Program-made: the position numbers and the translations under genes | Assembly (NCBI GenBank): GCA_016203225.1 | Contig: JACQNC010000006.1 | Location: forward strand, 8,552-72,551 | Direction of reading: 5' to 3' | Source of the DNA: Candidatus Woesearchaeota archaeon | Lineage (GTDB): Archaea > Nanobdellota > Nanobdellia > Woesearchaeales > ARS49 | DNA: 64,000 bases | Notes under the pieces: generated by a model | The model's input: the letters and a program-made list of their open reading frames with translations, nothing else | Databases searched by the model: none | Told to the model about the DNA's origin: nothing | Shown here: positions 17,069 through 25,927 of the stretch, one piece after another | Layout: each line of letters starts with the position of its first letter | How positions within the stretch are numbered: the first letter of the stretch is position 1

Positions 17069-18169
17069 ATGGCCGGAAAGATCCAGGACCGCATAAATGA
17101 GATCGAGACCGAACTGAGCACGGCCAAGTACAACAAGGCAACGCAGCACGCGTTCGGCGTGCTGAAGGCACAGCTTGCGCGCCTGAAGGACACTGTCGAG
17201 AAGCGCGCAGGCATCGGCAAGGGCGACTCGGGTTGGTTCGTCAAGAAATCCGGTGATGGGACCGTTGTGCTTTTGGGCTTCCCTTCGACAGGAAAATCCA
17301 CTCTCCTGAACAAGCTCACCGGAGCGAAATCCAAGGTCGCGGCATACGAGTTCACCACACTCACGGTCATCCCCGGCATCCTTGAGTACAACCGCGCCAA
17401 GATCCAGGTGCTCGACGTGCCCGGCATCGTGCAAGGCGCGGCAGCAGGTACCGGTCGTGGAAGGGAAGTCCTTGCCATGGTACGGAACTGCGACCTGATC
17501 CTCATCCTGATAGACGCGCTACACCCTGAGCACTACGAGGCCATCCTGTCGGAAGTCTACGACACCGGCGTGCGCATCAACCAACGCGCGCCAGACGTCA
17601 AGATCACGAAACGCTCGCGCGGCGGTTTGGACATCGGCGCAACTGTGAAGCTCACCAAGATCACGAAAGAGACCATCGCGGCAGTGTGCAAGGAGTTCCG
17701 GATAAACAACGCGGACGTCCTCATAAGGACGGACATCACTGTCGACCAACTCATCGACGTCATCGAGGGCAACCGAAAATACATCCCGAGCATCACCGTC
17801 GTGAACAAGATGGACCTAGCCACACCCGAACAGCTCCAGCACATGAAGGACACAATCAAGCCCGACGTGTTCGTCTCAGCCGAGCAGGGCAAGAACATGG
17901 AGAAGCTCAAGGAAGCCATATTCTCGGGGCTCAACTTCATCCGGCTCTATCTCAAGGAAGTGAACAAGAAACCCGACCTCGACGTGCCTCTCGTCCTCAC
18001 GAAGGGCGCGACTTTGCGCACCGTGTGCGACAAGCTCCACCGCGACTTCGTCACGAAGTTCAGGTTCGCGAAGATCTGGGGCAAGAGCGCGAAATTCCCA
18101 GGACAACAGTTCAGGAATTTGGACAAGCCGCTGGAAGACGGCGACATCGTAGAGATACACCTGCGCTAG
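17069..18169 (+). CDS. DRG-family (Obg-like) GTPase with TGS domain
   Basis: G1 GFPSTGKSTLLNKLT, G3 DVPGIV, NKMD, and a C-terminal TGS-like end (DGDIVEIHL). Confidence 0.88.
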   Translation: MAGKIQDRINEIETELSTAKYNKATQHAFGVLKAQLARLKDTVEKRAGIGKGDSGWFVKKSGDGTVVLLGFPSTGKSTLLNKLTGAKSKVAAYEFTTLTVIPGILEYNRAKIQVLDVPGIVQGAAAGTGRGREVLAMVRNCDLILILIDALHPEHYEAILSEVYDTGVRINQRAPDVKITKRSRGGLDIGATVKLTKITKETIAAVCKEFRINNADVLIRTDITVDQLIDVIEGNRKYIPSITVVNKMDLATPEQLQHMKDTIKPDVFVSAEQGKNMEKLKEAIFSGLNFIRLYLKEVNKKPDLDVPLVLTKGATLRTVCDKLHRDFVTKFRFAKIWGKSAKFPGQQFRNLDKPLEDGDIVEIHLR

Positions 18170-18897
18170 AATTCTGTCTTGCTCACCAGCTTCCCACTGA
18201 TGACCTTGCCGTTGTCCAACGTGCGTTCGCCCTCGACGATCTGGAACTTCTTGTTGTAGAACAGGTCGTCGAGCGGCCAAGTCTCCGGGAACTTCGGCTT
18301 GGCCTTGTACTCCCCGGGCGTCAGCCAGACGTGCTCAGCCTTATGCGTCTTCGCCTTCAATGTACCTTTGGGATCGTGCGTCTCGACCGCGATAAGGAAA
18401 TGGTGGAACAACAGCTTGCCGTTGTCGAAAGTCTTCACCTGCTCGATGCCTTTGATCGTATAAACATCCGCTTCCAGGTCGGTCTCCTCTTTGAGATCGC
18501 GCTTGGCGCACTCTATGATGTTCCAGCCGAAGTTCTGCTTGCCCGACACGAAACCCCACGTGCCGTAGAACGGCTCCTTCAAACGCTTCTGGCACAGCAG
18601 TTTGCCGTCGTGCCACACGAGTTGGAAGATCGTGAGCGTCGGGAAAGCGGCCTGGCCGCCGGTGTCGCCTTCGATGAACGCCGAGAGCTTACGCCCTTCG
18701 TCCGTGAGCCTATATTTACCGTCATCGATCTTCACGATCAATCCGACGGCCTCGAGCTTGTTGACGTGGTAGGCGAACTTGTTGCTCTCGCCCTGCTTGT
18801 CCCACAACTCGTTGAAGGACAGCGATGGATTATGGATGAGCTTCAGAATGATGCTTCGCTGGATATCGTGTTCCATATGCCCCGAGTGAGCGCACAC
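18166..18897 (-). CDS. wHTH - Nudix hydrolase fusion protein
   Basis: N-terminal winged-helix-like segment (SFNELWDK...FAYHVNKLEAVGLI) followed by a Nudix box GKQNFGWNIIECAKRDLKEETDL. Confidence 0.6.
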   Translation of the reverse strand: MCAHSGHMEHDIQRSIILKLIHNPSLSFNELWDKQGESNKFAYHVNKLEAVGLIVKIDDGKYRLTDEGRKLSAFIEGDTGGQAAFPTLTIFQLVWHDGKLLCQKRLKEPFYGTWGFVSGKQNFGWNIIECAKRDLKEETDLEADVYTIKGIEQVKTFDNGKLLFHHFLIAVETHDPKGTLKAKTHKAEHVWLTPGEYKAKPKFPETWPLDDLFYNKKFQIVEGERTLDNGKVISGKLVSKTEF

Positions 18898-18935
18898 AGA
18901 ACTGGTATTTATAGACGTATCTCAAATTGATTTGA

Positions 18936-19226
18936 CTATGCAGGCATCCAGCGCTCCTTCAACTCGCGATAGTTCTGCATGATCCGTTTCCAGAGATCCC
19001 AGCACGACGTTTCCTCGTGCAGATACTGCGCAAGCTCACGACACCTGAGATATATCCCGGAAAGAACGAACATCGCGCTCAAGGCATGACCATCTTGATT
19101 GTCGTTCGGGCCATACCCGATTTGGCTCTGGACGAATTCGTCGCCGAACTCCAATTCCTTCGCGTGCCTGGACAACTCACGCGATGCCTTCCGCACGGTC
19201 AACGCGCACACGTCATCAACAGTCAT
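18936..19226 (-). CDS. hypothetical protein
   Basis: Only the C-terminal 96 aa of track ORF 18936..19508 avoid the better-supported + strand DUF371 gene. No family recognised. Confidence 0.3.
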   Translation of the reverse strand: MTVDDVCALTVRKASRELSRHAKELEFGDEFVQSQIGYGPNDNQDGHALSAMFVLSGIYLRCRELAQYLHEETSCWDLWKRIMQNYRELKERWMPA

Positions 19227-19290
19227 CTTCCACCCACCGGCCGTCGGGAAGAGCGCAACCATTAAAAAAGCATCGGAAAAGGAATCAATC

Positions 19291-19677
19291 ATGTACACAT
19301 TCACCTGCCGCGGCCACGACCGAATAACTGCGCTGCACGTCAACCAGCTCTCGTTCATGAAAGGACCCATCCCTGCGCCGGACCACACGCTCGGCGTCAA
19401 GGCCACGTTCGAGCCGGACAAGATCCAGCTGTTGATGAAAGGCAAAACGACCGTGACCGTCACGGTGACCGTGAACGACATCACGGACAGCTTCTCCGCG
19501 ACCATCAATCACTCCTATCGCAACAGGGACGAGATGCACTTCCGCACCGGCGAGTTCACCTCGGACCGCGTGCTCGGCACCAAGGCGACGAAAGGCGCCA
19601 AGCAGTTGCAGCGAGAGCTCATCACGGCGCTCGCGGATTCCGAAACGGTCGTCACCGTCGGCCTGGACTTCTCATGA
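19291..19677 (+). CDS. DUF371-family protein
   Basis: MYTFTCRGHDRITALHVNQLSF... resembles the DUF371 N-terminus (GHpNIrAtH). ATGA overlap with ksgA. Confidence 0.55.
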   Translation: MYTFTCRGHDRITALHVNQLSFMKGPIPAPDHTLGVKATFEPDKIQLLMKGKTTVTVTVTVNDITDSFSATINHSYRNRDEMHFRTGEFTSDRVLGTKATKGAKQLQRELITALADSETVVTVGLDFS

Positions 19678-20405
19678 CCGACATCAAGGACCAACACTTC
19701 TTGGTCGACGAAAAGGTCATCCGCCGAATGATCCAGGAAGCGCACGTCAAGCCGACAGACATCGTGATGGACATCGGCGCAGGCACGGGAAACATCACGC
19801 GGCGTATCCCTCTTTGCCGGGGCATCATCGCGGTCGAGAGCGACTCGACGCTTGCGGACCAGCTCCGCGCAATCCCTACCGTAACCGTCCTCGAAGCCGA
19901 CGCGTTGCGGATCCCGCTGAACGCTGACAAGCTCATCAGCAACATCCCGTTCAGCATCGCGGAATCCATCATGTACCACCTGTTCCGCTCAAACTTCGAG
20001 ATCGCCGTGCTGCTCGTGCCGACGTCGTTCGCGGACAAGCTGCTCGCCGGCGACAGCATCCTCTCCTTGCTCGCCCAATCATTCTTCGTCATCGAGAAGA
20101 AGGACGACGTGGATCCCGCGGCGCTCAAGCCCGTGCCCGACACGACCCTCTGCATCCTTGTCCTCCGCAAGAAGCTGCCGGAATCCACCAAGGACTTCTT
20201 CGTTCGCGAGCTGTTCCTGCAACGCGACAAGAAGGTGAAGAACGCGCTGCGCGAGGCGTACGTGCGGTGGAAGAAGTCCACGAAGCGCGAAGGCGAGGCG
20301 TTCGCGGACAGCCTCGGGCTCTCGGACGCGTTGCTCGCGACAGAAGTCCCGCACTTGACGAAAGAGGATTACGAAGTCATCATCGCTGCGGTGGAGAAGG
20401 CATGA
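19674..20405 (+). CDS. ksgA: 16S rRNA dimethyladenosine transferase KsgA/Dim1
   Basis: DQHFLVD..., SAM motif DIGAGTGNITRRI, catalytic ISNIPFSI. Confidence 0.88.
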   Translation: MTDIKDQHFLVDEKVIRRMIQEAHVKPTDIVMDIGAGTGNITRRIPLCRGIIAVESDSTLADQLRAIPTVTVLEADALRIPLNADKLISNIPFSIAESIMYHLFRSNFEIAVLLVPTSFADKLLAGDSILSLLAQSFFVIEKKDDVDPAALKPVPDTTLCILVLRKKLPESTKDFFVRELFLQRDKKVKNALREAYVRWKKSTKREGEAFADSLGLSDALLATEVPHLTKEDYEVIIAAVEKA

Positions 20406-20842
20406 AGAAGCAGTTGAGCAAGCACGAGCGCGAGGAATTCCAGGAGCGCATCGCGCCGTTCCTCACGCTGGACAAGAAAGACAGCGTCGAGGACGCGGGC
20501 AAACGCTGGCTCGTCAACAACCAGTCTGCCTTCATCGAGATAGACGGGACACTGATCCCGCACCTGCGATTCCTCCTCACCAAGCCACTCCTCAAGCAGG
20601 TCGTCGTCGACATGGGCGCGGTCAAGTTCGTCACGTCAGGCGCGGACATCATGCGACCCGGCATCAAGGAATTCGCTGCAGGGATCATGAAAGATGAACT
20701 CGTCGTTGTCGTCGATCTGAACAACAAAAAGCCGCTCGCTGTTGGACGCATGCTCTTCTCCGGCGAAGAAGCGCAGGCGATGGACAAAGGAAAAGTCATC
20801 AAGAACCTGCACTGGGTCGGGGATGAGTTCTGGAACGCGTAA
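20402..20842 (+). CDS. PUA-domain RNA-binding protein (MCT-1/Tma20-like)
   Basis: C-terminal PUA pattern VVVDMGAVKFVTSGADIMRPGI...PLAVGRMLFSGEE...GKVIKNLHWVGDEFW. ATGA overlap with the ksgA stop. Confidence 0.75.
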   Translation: MKKQLSKHEREEFQERIAPFLTLDKKDSVEDAGKRWLVNNQSAFIEIDGTLIPHLRFLLTKPLLKQVVVDMGAVKFVTSGADIMRPGIKEFAAGIMKDELVVVVDLNNKKPLAVGRMLFSGEEAQAMDKGKVIKNLHWVGDEFWNA

Positions 20843-20974
20843 TCAAGGGAGCGAAAGGCGGAAATGCCGAAGAAAGAGAAGAGGTGAAACTTTGATAACG
20901 CACCGTGGCAATGGAACATCTAAATATTTAAGTATGAATTGACGCCACCCTGATAAGCAGCGGGGTGCATTCAT

Positions 20975-21778
20975 ATGCGTGAATATTATCGTGCGGTTCG
21001 TAATCAAAAAGAGTTTCACCATCATCATATGCAGAAACTTGGTGGGCGCGTCTACGCGCATGTCGGTCCTTTTGACAGAGGCATTACTGCATTACGCAAT
21101 GACGGGTTTGCTTTGAGTTCTGCCCGCGATATCGCCGAAGAGAAACTACTTGATCACCATCACCACCCTCTTATCACAGATTTCCAGATATTGGTGGCTG
21201 AAAACTTCAACTATTTCCCGAACGGCGATATCTTGATCGCTTCTCGTGCATACAACCCTTTGTTGAAGACGGGCGCTGCTGAAAAAGCGACAGACTGCCA
21301 TCGCAACGGCAATGAATTTTATCTTGATGAACAAGTTGCGAGAGATTTGTTCGAACGTGCGGAGTTAGACCCAGAAAAAGCATTGAGGAGCGGCGTCTTG
21401 GCCTTGCCAAGAACCGCGATCAAAGGAGACCTTCTGGAAATTCCGACCACAGCATTCAAAGAGGAACCAGTGACTTACTTCCTATTCCGCGATGTTGCTA
21501 AACCCTATGGCCGCTTCCTGAAAGATGCGGACGTCGACAAAATTCCCGTATTTGTTGTCGATGAGAATTACGCCAAAAAACAGGAGCGACCATTTAGTCG
21601 GGCATTTTTTCTCGACCCTCTGTGGCTCAAAGATGAAAGGAACGATCTTTACGAAGCAGCAGGTCTCACTGGCGACGACGATACACTTCACGAAGCATTA
21701 GCTGTGATTGGGATGCGCCCTGTGTCCACGGAGCGAACCAATCTTAGAACAATGCTCAATTCACCAACTTCCCCGTAA
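20975..21778 (+). CDS. hypothetical protein in an AT-richer island
   Basis: 267 aa with two His runs (HHHH). No family recognised. Codon choice is visibly AT-richer than neighbouring genes. Confidence 0.45.
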   Translation: MREYYRAVRNQKEFHHHHMQKLGGRVYAHVGPFDRGITALRNDGFALSSARDIAEEKLLDHHHHPLITDFQILVAENFNYFPNGDILIASRAYNPLLKTGAAEKATDCHRNGNEFYLDEQVARDLFERAELDPEKALRSGVLALPRTAIKGDLLEIPTTAFKEEPVTYFLFRDVAKPYGRFLKDADVDKIPVFVVDENYAKKQERPFSRAFFLDPLWLKDERNDLYEAAGLTGDDDTLHEALAVIGMRPVSTERTNLRTMLNSPTSP

Positions 21779-21889
21779 TCTCATCTATCCTTCGTGCGGC
21801 CCGTGGCCGTGCGCAATATCGTTCCGGGGTAGACGTGCGCGTGGCCTGCACCTGTGACAACCGCAACCGTCCTACCTTCTCTCCGGGCT

Positions 21890-22342
21890 TCACGCGTTCG
21901 CCGGCAACCGCCGTATCTTCGGCACGAAGTTCAACAACGCTCCATTCTTTATCGCTCCGCACCCGAGAAAATCATTTCCGTGCTTGATGATCAGGTACCC
22001 TTTCGTCGTCGCTTTCGTGGACAGCTCCTCGCCCTTGAGCCACCGCATCGCTTCATCAGCGCCCACGTCAAGCACGTTCTTCGTCGAGTGAGGTCCGACG
22101 AGCTGCGAGCCTTCGATGCTCAATCTCAACCCGTTCTTCAGCTCGCCGAAGTACAATCCTGCGGAGCTGATCCGTAGTTTCGTCCAGTCGATCTTCGCGA
22201 CGTCCCGAGAAATGATGTAGATATTGTCCTTCGCGCTCTGCAGGAACGCATACTCAAGCGAGCCAGAAAACCCCCACTGCTCTTGCAGCAAACGATGAAT
22301 CTGCTTGATCTCCTTCGAAGCAAGGATCTTCCAGGATTCCAT
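21890..22342 (-). CDS. PUA-like / Nip7-like RNA-binding protein (tentative)
   Basis: 150 aa. The C-terminal GYLIIKHGNDFLGCGAIKNGALLNFVPK resembles PUA-type ends in Nip7/NOL1-associated domains. Its ATG overlaps the aIF5B stop (TGATG). Confidence 0.4.
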   Translation of the reverse strand: MESWKILASKEIKQIHRLLQEQWGFSGSLEYAFLQSAKDNIYIISRDVAKIDWTKLRISSAGLYFGELKNGLRLSIEGSQLVGPHSTKNVLDVGADEAMRWLKGEELSTKATTKGYLIIKHGNDFLGCGAIKNGALLNFVPKIRRLPANA

Positions 22343-24084
22343 CAGACTCCCCAGACCGGGTTCTTCTCGCGCATCAGTGAAGCGATCTCCTTCAACAACT
22401 CCTTCTCTTCGTTCGTCAACAAGTCCTTGAACTCCTTGAACTGGCGGAACTCGTTCTCCGTGATCGAGCTATACAGGATGTCGCCTTCCTTCAATTGCCG
22501 ACCTATGACTACGTCAGGATACGAGACAGCGATGCGACGACCTTTCTTCGCCTCGGTGATGCTCTCCTGCTCGTCCTGCAAAGTCCGAGCCTCGGTCACC
22601 GGTTCGCCAGTAAGCCGCATCAACCGCGTGCCAGGACGCAACGTCCCAGCAAGCACCTCGGTGCCGACCACAGCAGGATTGCTCTGACGGAACACGTAAC
22701 CAGCAAGCAATTGTATCTTCGCCGGCTTCGTCAACTTATCCAGCTCGCCTTGCGCCTGGTTACGCGCCATTCCCGCCTTCCAGGCCTCGTAGTCCTCGAT
22801 CAGGCGGTAGATGATGGGGTTCGTGAACACCTTGATATTAGTCGATACATCCGGAGCAGGGATGTTGAATCCCAGAATCACCGCGAACAGCGGATCCTTC
22901 ACGATAAGCGCTTGCGCGTCGGAAAGGTCCTTCTTCGTGATGGGCCCGACGCTCGCTCGCGTGACAGGGATGTTCTTCTCCTGCAAGAGGAAGCTCAACG
23001 CTTCAAGCGAGCCCAACGTATCAGCCTTGATGATCACGCCTGTCTCGGCGGTCTGCAACGTCACGGCTTCGACGTCGCCCTGGATCTCCAATTTGGCCTT
23101 CTCTACATCATGGGCGACGATGAACGGCATGCCCGCCTGCACGTTATCGATATCCGGCGCGGACAGCTTCACGCCCATCGCGGCAGAAACCGTTTTGACG
23201 GTCTGGAATTTGGTCTTCTTCTCGCGCATCTCCGCCAAAGCAGCCGGAACAAGGATGGCCTTGACCTTGGTGACGAGAGGCTCCTCGGATGAACCGATCA
23301 CGATCGTGTCTCCTGCCTTCAGCACGCCCTCGTAGACGATGGCGTCCATCGTGACACCCAAGCCGGCGGTCTCCTTGACCTCCAAAACAGTCCCTTTCGC
23401 AGGGCCGTCGACGGCCTTCAACGAGCTCTCGAGGAACTTCTGCGCAAGCCCGGTCAACACCATCAATAACTCGGGAACGCCGTCGCCTGTCTTAGCTGAT
23501 GTGGGGACGAGCGCGATGGTTTTCGTGTAATCAGGGACGCGGTCGAACCGTTCGGCATTGATCCCGAGCTCGAACAATTTACCAACGATCTCGTACAGTT
23601 TCGTCTCGAAGAGCCTTTGCACCTGCTCCTGCTGTTCGGAAGCCTGCTTCAACAGCAAGCCCTTGCCGCGCTTCCAGCCATCGAGCGTGTCGATCTTGTT
23701 CAGCGCGACCACGAACGGAGTCTTATACTGCTTCAGGATCTGGATGCATTCAACTGTCTGCGGCTCAAGCCCTTTCGTGATGTCGATAACGAGAATGGCG
23801 ATGTCAGCCAGGTTTCCACCCCTCTTACGCAGATTGATGAATGCCGCGTGGCCAGGCGTGTCGATGAAGAGCAATCCGGGGATGGTGAGCTTCAGTTTCA
23901 AGGCGTCCAAAAGCGAACCGCAGGTCTTCCGGATGACCTCCAAAGGCACTATGCTCGCGCCGATGGCTTGCGTGATGCCTCCTGCTTCCTTCGCCGCGAC
24001 AGCGGAGCCCCGTATGTAGTCCAGAAGCGAGGTTTTGCCATGGTCCACGTGGCCCAGGATGGTGACTATCGGCTGTCGGAGCAT
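22342..24084 (-). CDS. infB: translation initiation factor aIF5B (IF-2)
   Basis: MLRQPIVTILGHVDHGKTSLLD, DTPGH, NKID. Start trimmed to the ATG at 24084, which lies 27 nt from a strong TATA. Confidence 0.92.
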   Translation of the reverse strand: MLRQPIVTILGHVDHGKTSLLDYIRGSAVAAKEAGGITQAIGASIVPLEVIRKTCGSLLDALKLKLTIPGLLFIDTPGHAAFINLRKRGGNLADIAILVIDITKGLEPQTVECIQILKQYKTPFVVALNKIDTLDGWKRGKGLLLKQASEQQEQVQRLFETKLYEIVGKLFELGINAERFDRVPDYTKTIALVPTSAKTGDGVPELLMVLTGLAQKFLESSLKAVDGPAKGTVLEVKETAGLGVTMDAIVYEGVLKAGDTIVIGSSEEPLVTKVKAILVPAALAEMREKKTKFQTVKTVSAAMGVKLSAPDIDNVQAGMPFIVAHDVEKAKLEIQGDVEAVTLQTAETGVIIKADTLGSLEALSFLLQEKNIPVTRASVGPITKKDLSDAQALIVKDPLFAVILGFNIPAPDVSTNIKVFTNPIIYRLIEDYEAWKAGMARNQAQGELDKLTKPAKIQLLAGYVFRQSNPAVVGTEVLAGTLRPGTRLMRLTGEPVTEARTLQDEQESITEAKKGRRIAVSYPDVVIGRQLKEGDILYSSITENEFRQFKEFKDLLTNEEKELLKEIASLMREKNPVWGV

Positions 24085-24106
24085 GGTTTGAACCCTTCCC
24101 GGCGCG

Positions 24107-24119
24107 TTTATATATATTT
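24107..24119 (-). promoter_or_regulatory. TATA box (AAATATATATAAA on the - strand) for aIF5B
   Basis: A/T-only 13-mer centred about 27 nt upstream of the ATG at 24084. Confidence 0.55.
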
Positions 24120-24275
24120 GCCTGGACTCCATCGTTGCCGTGAAGCGACCAAAAAAGATTGTCTTGTTGCTACTAGGTAGTGCTAATAAAAGCGAAAGGT
24201 TTAAATATGGGGTACTTCTTCCAGAGGAGTAACACCACATGTTGCTCCTAGAGCAAATGTGAGGGGGAATTTGCA

Positions 24276-25217
24276 ATGAAAGCGAACAAACTGTTTGGAA
24301 TCGTGTCCCTCATGCTTTTGGCAGTGTTGGCCGTCGCAGGCGCCGCAAGCGCTTTGCCGACGATCGACAAGGTCGAAGTTGACGGCACAACCGTGTTCGA
24401 GGACCAGGTCAACCGCCTGGACGTCGAAGCCGGAAATCAGATCGAAGTCGAGGTTTGGCTGACAAGCGCCGAATCCAACGACAACGTCCGTGTCACCGCG
24501 GAGATCGCGGGCTATGAGCACTCGGACGACAACGACATCTCGGACAAGACCGACAGCTTCAAGGTCGAATCCAACGCGACGTACAAGAAGACGTTGATGT
24601 TGAGCCTGCCCGAAGACGCCGATGACGACAGCTACAAGCTGCGCATCATCGTGGAAGACCGCAACAGCGACGAACTCGTCCAGAACTACAACCTGGTCCT
24701 GAACGTCCCTCGACACAAGCTCGCGATCGACGACGTCATCCTCTACCCTGAGGGAACAGTCACCGCGGGTCAAGCATTGCTCGTCACGGTCAACCTGGAG
24801 AACTACGGCCAGAAGGACCAGGACGACGTGCGCGTCCACGCGACCGTCCCGATGCTGGGCATCGGAGCCACGGACATAATCGACGAGATCGAGTCTGGCG
24901 ACAGCGAGACAAGCGAAGAGCTGTTCATGCGCATCCCCGCGGATGCCAAGGCCGGCGACTACACGCTGAAGATCGACGTCGACTACAACGACGGCCATGA
25001 TTCGGTCAGCAAGACCGTGACGTTCAACGTCGCGGCCGCACCTGCGCCGAAGACGGACGTCGTCGTCCAGCAAGCGCCTGTGACACCTGTCCAGGTGCAG
25101 CCTGAGAAGAGCATGTTGCGAAGCGTCCTCGAGGGAGTCCTCCTCGTCCTCGTGGGCCTCCTGGTGATCGTCGCGATCATCCTGGGCGTCAGCAAGCTCT
25201 CCAGCAAAGACGAATAA
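24276..25217 (+). CDS. cell-surface (S-layer-like) protein with CARDB-like repeats and a C-terminal TM anchor
   Basis: Signal MKANKLFGIVSLMLLAVLAVAGAASA. Two similar beta-rich modules (...VEVWLTSAE..., ...VTVNLENYGQKDQDDVRV...). C-terminal helix LLVLVGLLVIVAIILGV. GAGGGGG lies upstream of the ATG. Confidence 0.6.
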   Translation: MKANKLFGIVSLMLLAVLAVAGAASALPTIDKVEVDGTTVFEDQVNRLDVEAGNQIEVEVWLTSAESNDNVRVTAEIAGYEHSDDNDISDKTDSFKVESNATYKKTLMLSLPEDADDDSYKLRIIVEDRNSDELVQNYNLVLNVPRHKLAIDDVILYPEGTVTAGQALLVTVNLENYGQKDQDDVRVHATVPMLGIGATDIIDEIESGDSETSEELFMRIPADAKAGDYTLKIDVDYNDGHDSVSKTVTFNVAAAPAPKTDVVVQQAPVTPVQVQPEKSMLRSVLEGVLLVLVGLLVIVAIILGVSKLSSKDE

Positions 25218-25218
25218 A

Positions 25219-25260
25219 TCTCTTCTTTTTTCTTTTTCTTTTTTTTCTTTCCTTTTACCC
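25219..25260 (+). terminator. long pyrimidine/oligo-T tract terminator
   Basis: TCTCTTCTTTTTTCTTTTTCTTTTTTTTCTTTCCTTTTACCC immediately follows the stop codon of the surface-protein gene. Confidence 0.6.
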
Positions 25261-25343
25261 ACAACGATGACATCCTGATGCACGACTCATCTAGGTCATC
25301 CGCTTTATAAAGGCCTGAATTGTCCCATGGGTAGTGAGTGAAG

Positions 25344-25625
25344 ATGAAAAATAACCCGCATTACCCTCCTTTCGAAACCGTCGAGTTCCATGTACTGCGT
25401 CCGTACACTACGCAGAAAGACCTGACGCTGGCGAAGGATGGTCTCGACCTCGCATATGGCTTCCTAGAATTCTATGAAGCAGGAGGAAGCCTGCGGAAGG
25501 AATTCGATATGCTCATGCAAGAGAACCCGATCTGCATCGCTGCCACGCTGGCGACCCTAAAATTCCTCGGCCTAGAACAGGTCATAGACTCATTCAAGAA
25601 ACGCACACGCAGGGTGAAGCGGTGA
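25344..25625 (+). CDS. hypothetical small protein
   Basis: 93 aa. TATA CTTTATAAAGG lies 35-40 nt upstream. No family recognised. Confidence 0.35.
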   Translation: MKNNPHYPPFETVEFHVLRPYTTQKDLTLAKDGLDLAYGFLEFYEAGGSLRKEFDMLMQENPICIAATLATLKFLGLEQVIDSFKKRTRRVKR

Positions 25626-25891
25626 AGCCCTACCAAACGCTCGTGAATGAATCTGAAGAGTACTGGCCCTCCCTGGCCAGTCAAGTGCAGGCAAAGATGG
25701 GCATCGACATCGTGTACACAATCATCCTGCCTATGATGAAGAAGGCCGATGAGGATCGCGCTCGTGAATTCGTGGCGAAAAGCCTGAACAGCGCCCCTGG
25801 GCCGCGCAGGAAAGGTCTGCGCGACGCGCTCGAGAACCTCGGCTTCCGCGAACTTTATGATGACTGCATCGCATCCCGCATCTCTGCATAA
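25622..25891 (+). CDS. hypothetical small protein (GTG start, GTGA overlap)
   Basis: 89 aa, overlaps the previous ORF by 4 nt. No family recognised. Confidence 0.35.
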   Translation: MKPYQTLVNESEEYWPSLASQVQAKMGIDIVYTIILPMMKKADEDRAREFVAKSLNSAPGPRRKGLRDALENLGFRELYDDCIASRISA

Positions 25892-25927
25892 GATTTAAAA
25901 GCCCGCTTGTGACCTTCTTCAGTCGAG

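Noticed and set aside
24085-24276. N-terminal extensions of track ORFs: aIF5B to 24276, MscS to 17171, RNase HII to 40295, dys to 54563, metallophosphoesterase from 45821
   Set aside because: The extensions run through TATA boxes or divergent genes and lack family similarity. Internal ATGs sit about 27 nt from a TATA and match family N-termini.
25219-25260. T/C-rich repetitive tract considered as a repeat array or CRISPR leader
   Set aside because: It is a simple polypyrimidine run directly after a stop codon. It has no repeat-spacer periodicity and fits an archaeal oligo-T terminator.
24201-25283. 360-aa ORF on the - strand, antisense to the surface-protein gene
   Set aside because: It is Asp/Arg/Val-rich low-complexity translation, typical of the antisense frame of a GC-rich gene. 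The + strand gene has a signal peptide, a TM anchor, a TATA, an SD site and a terminator.
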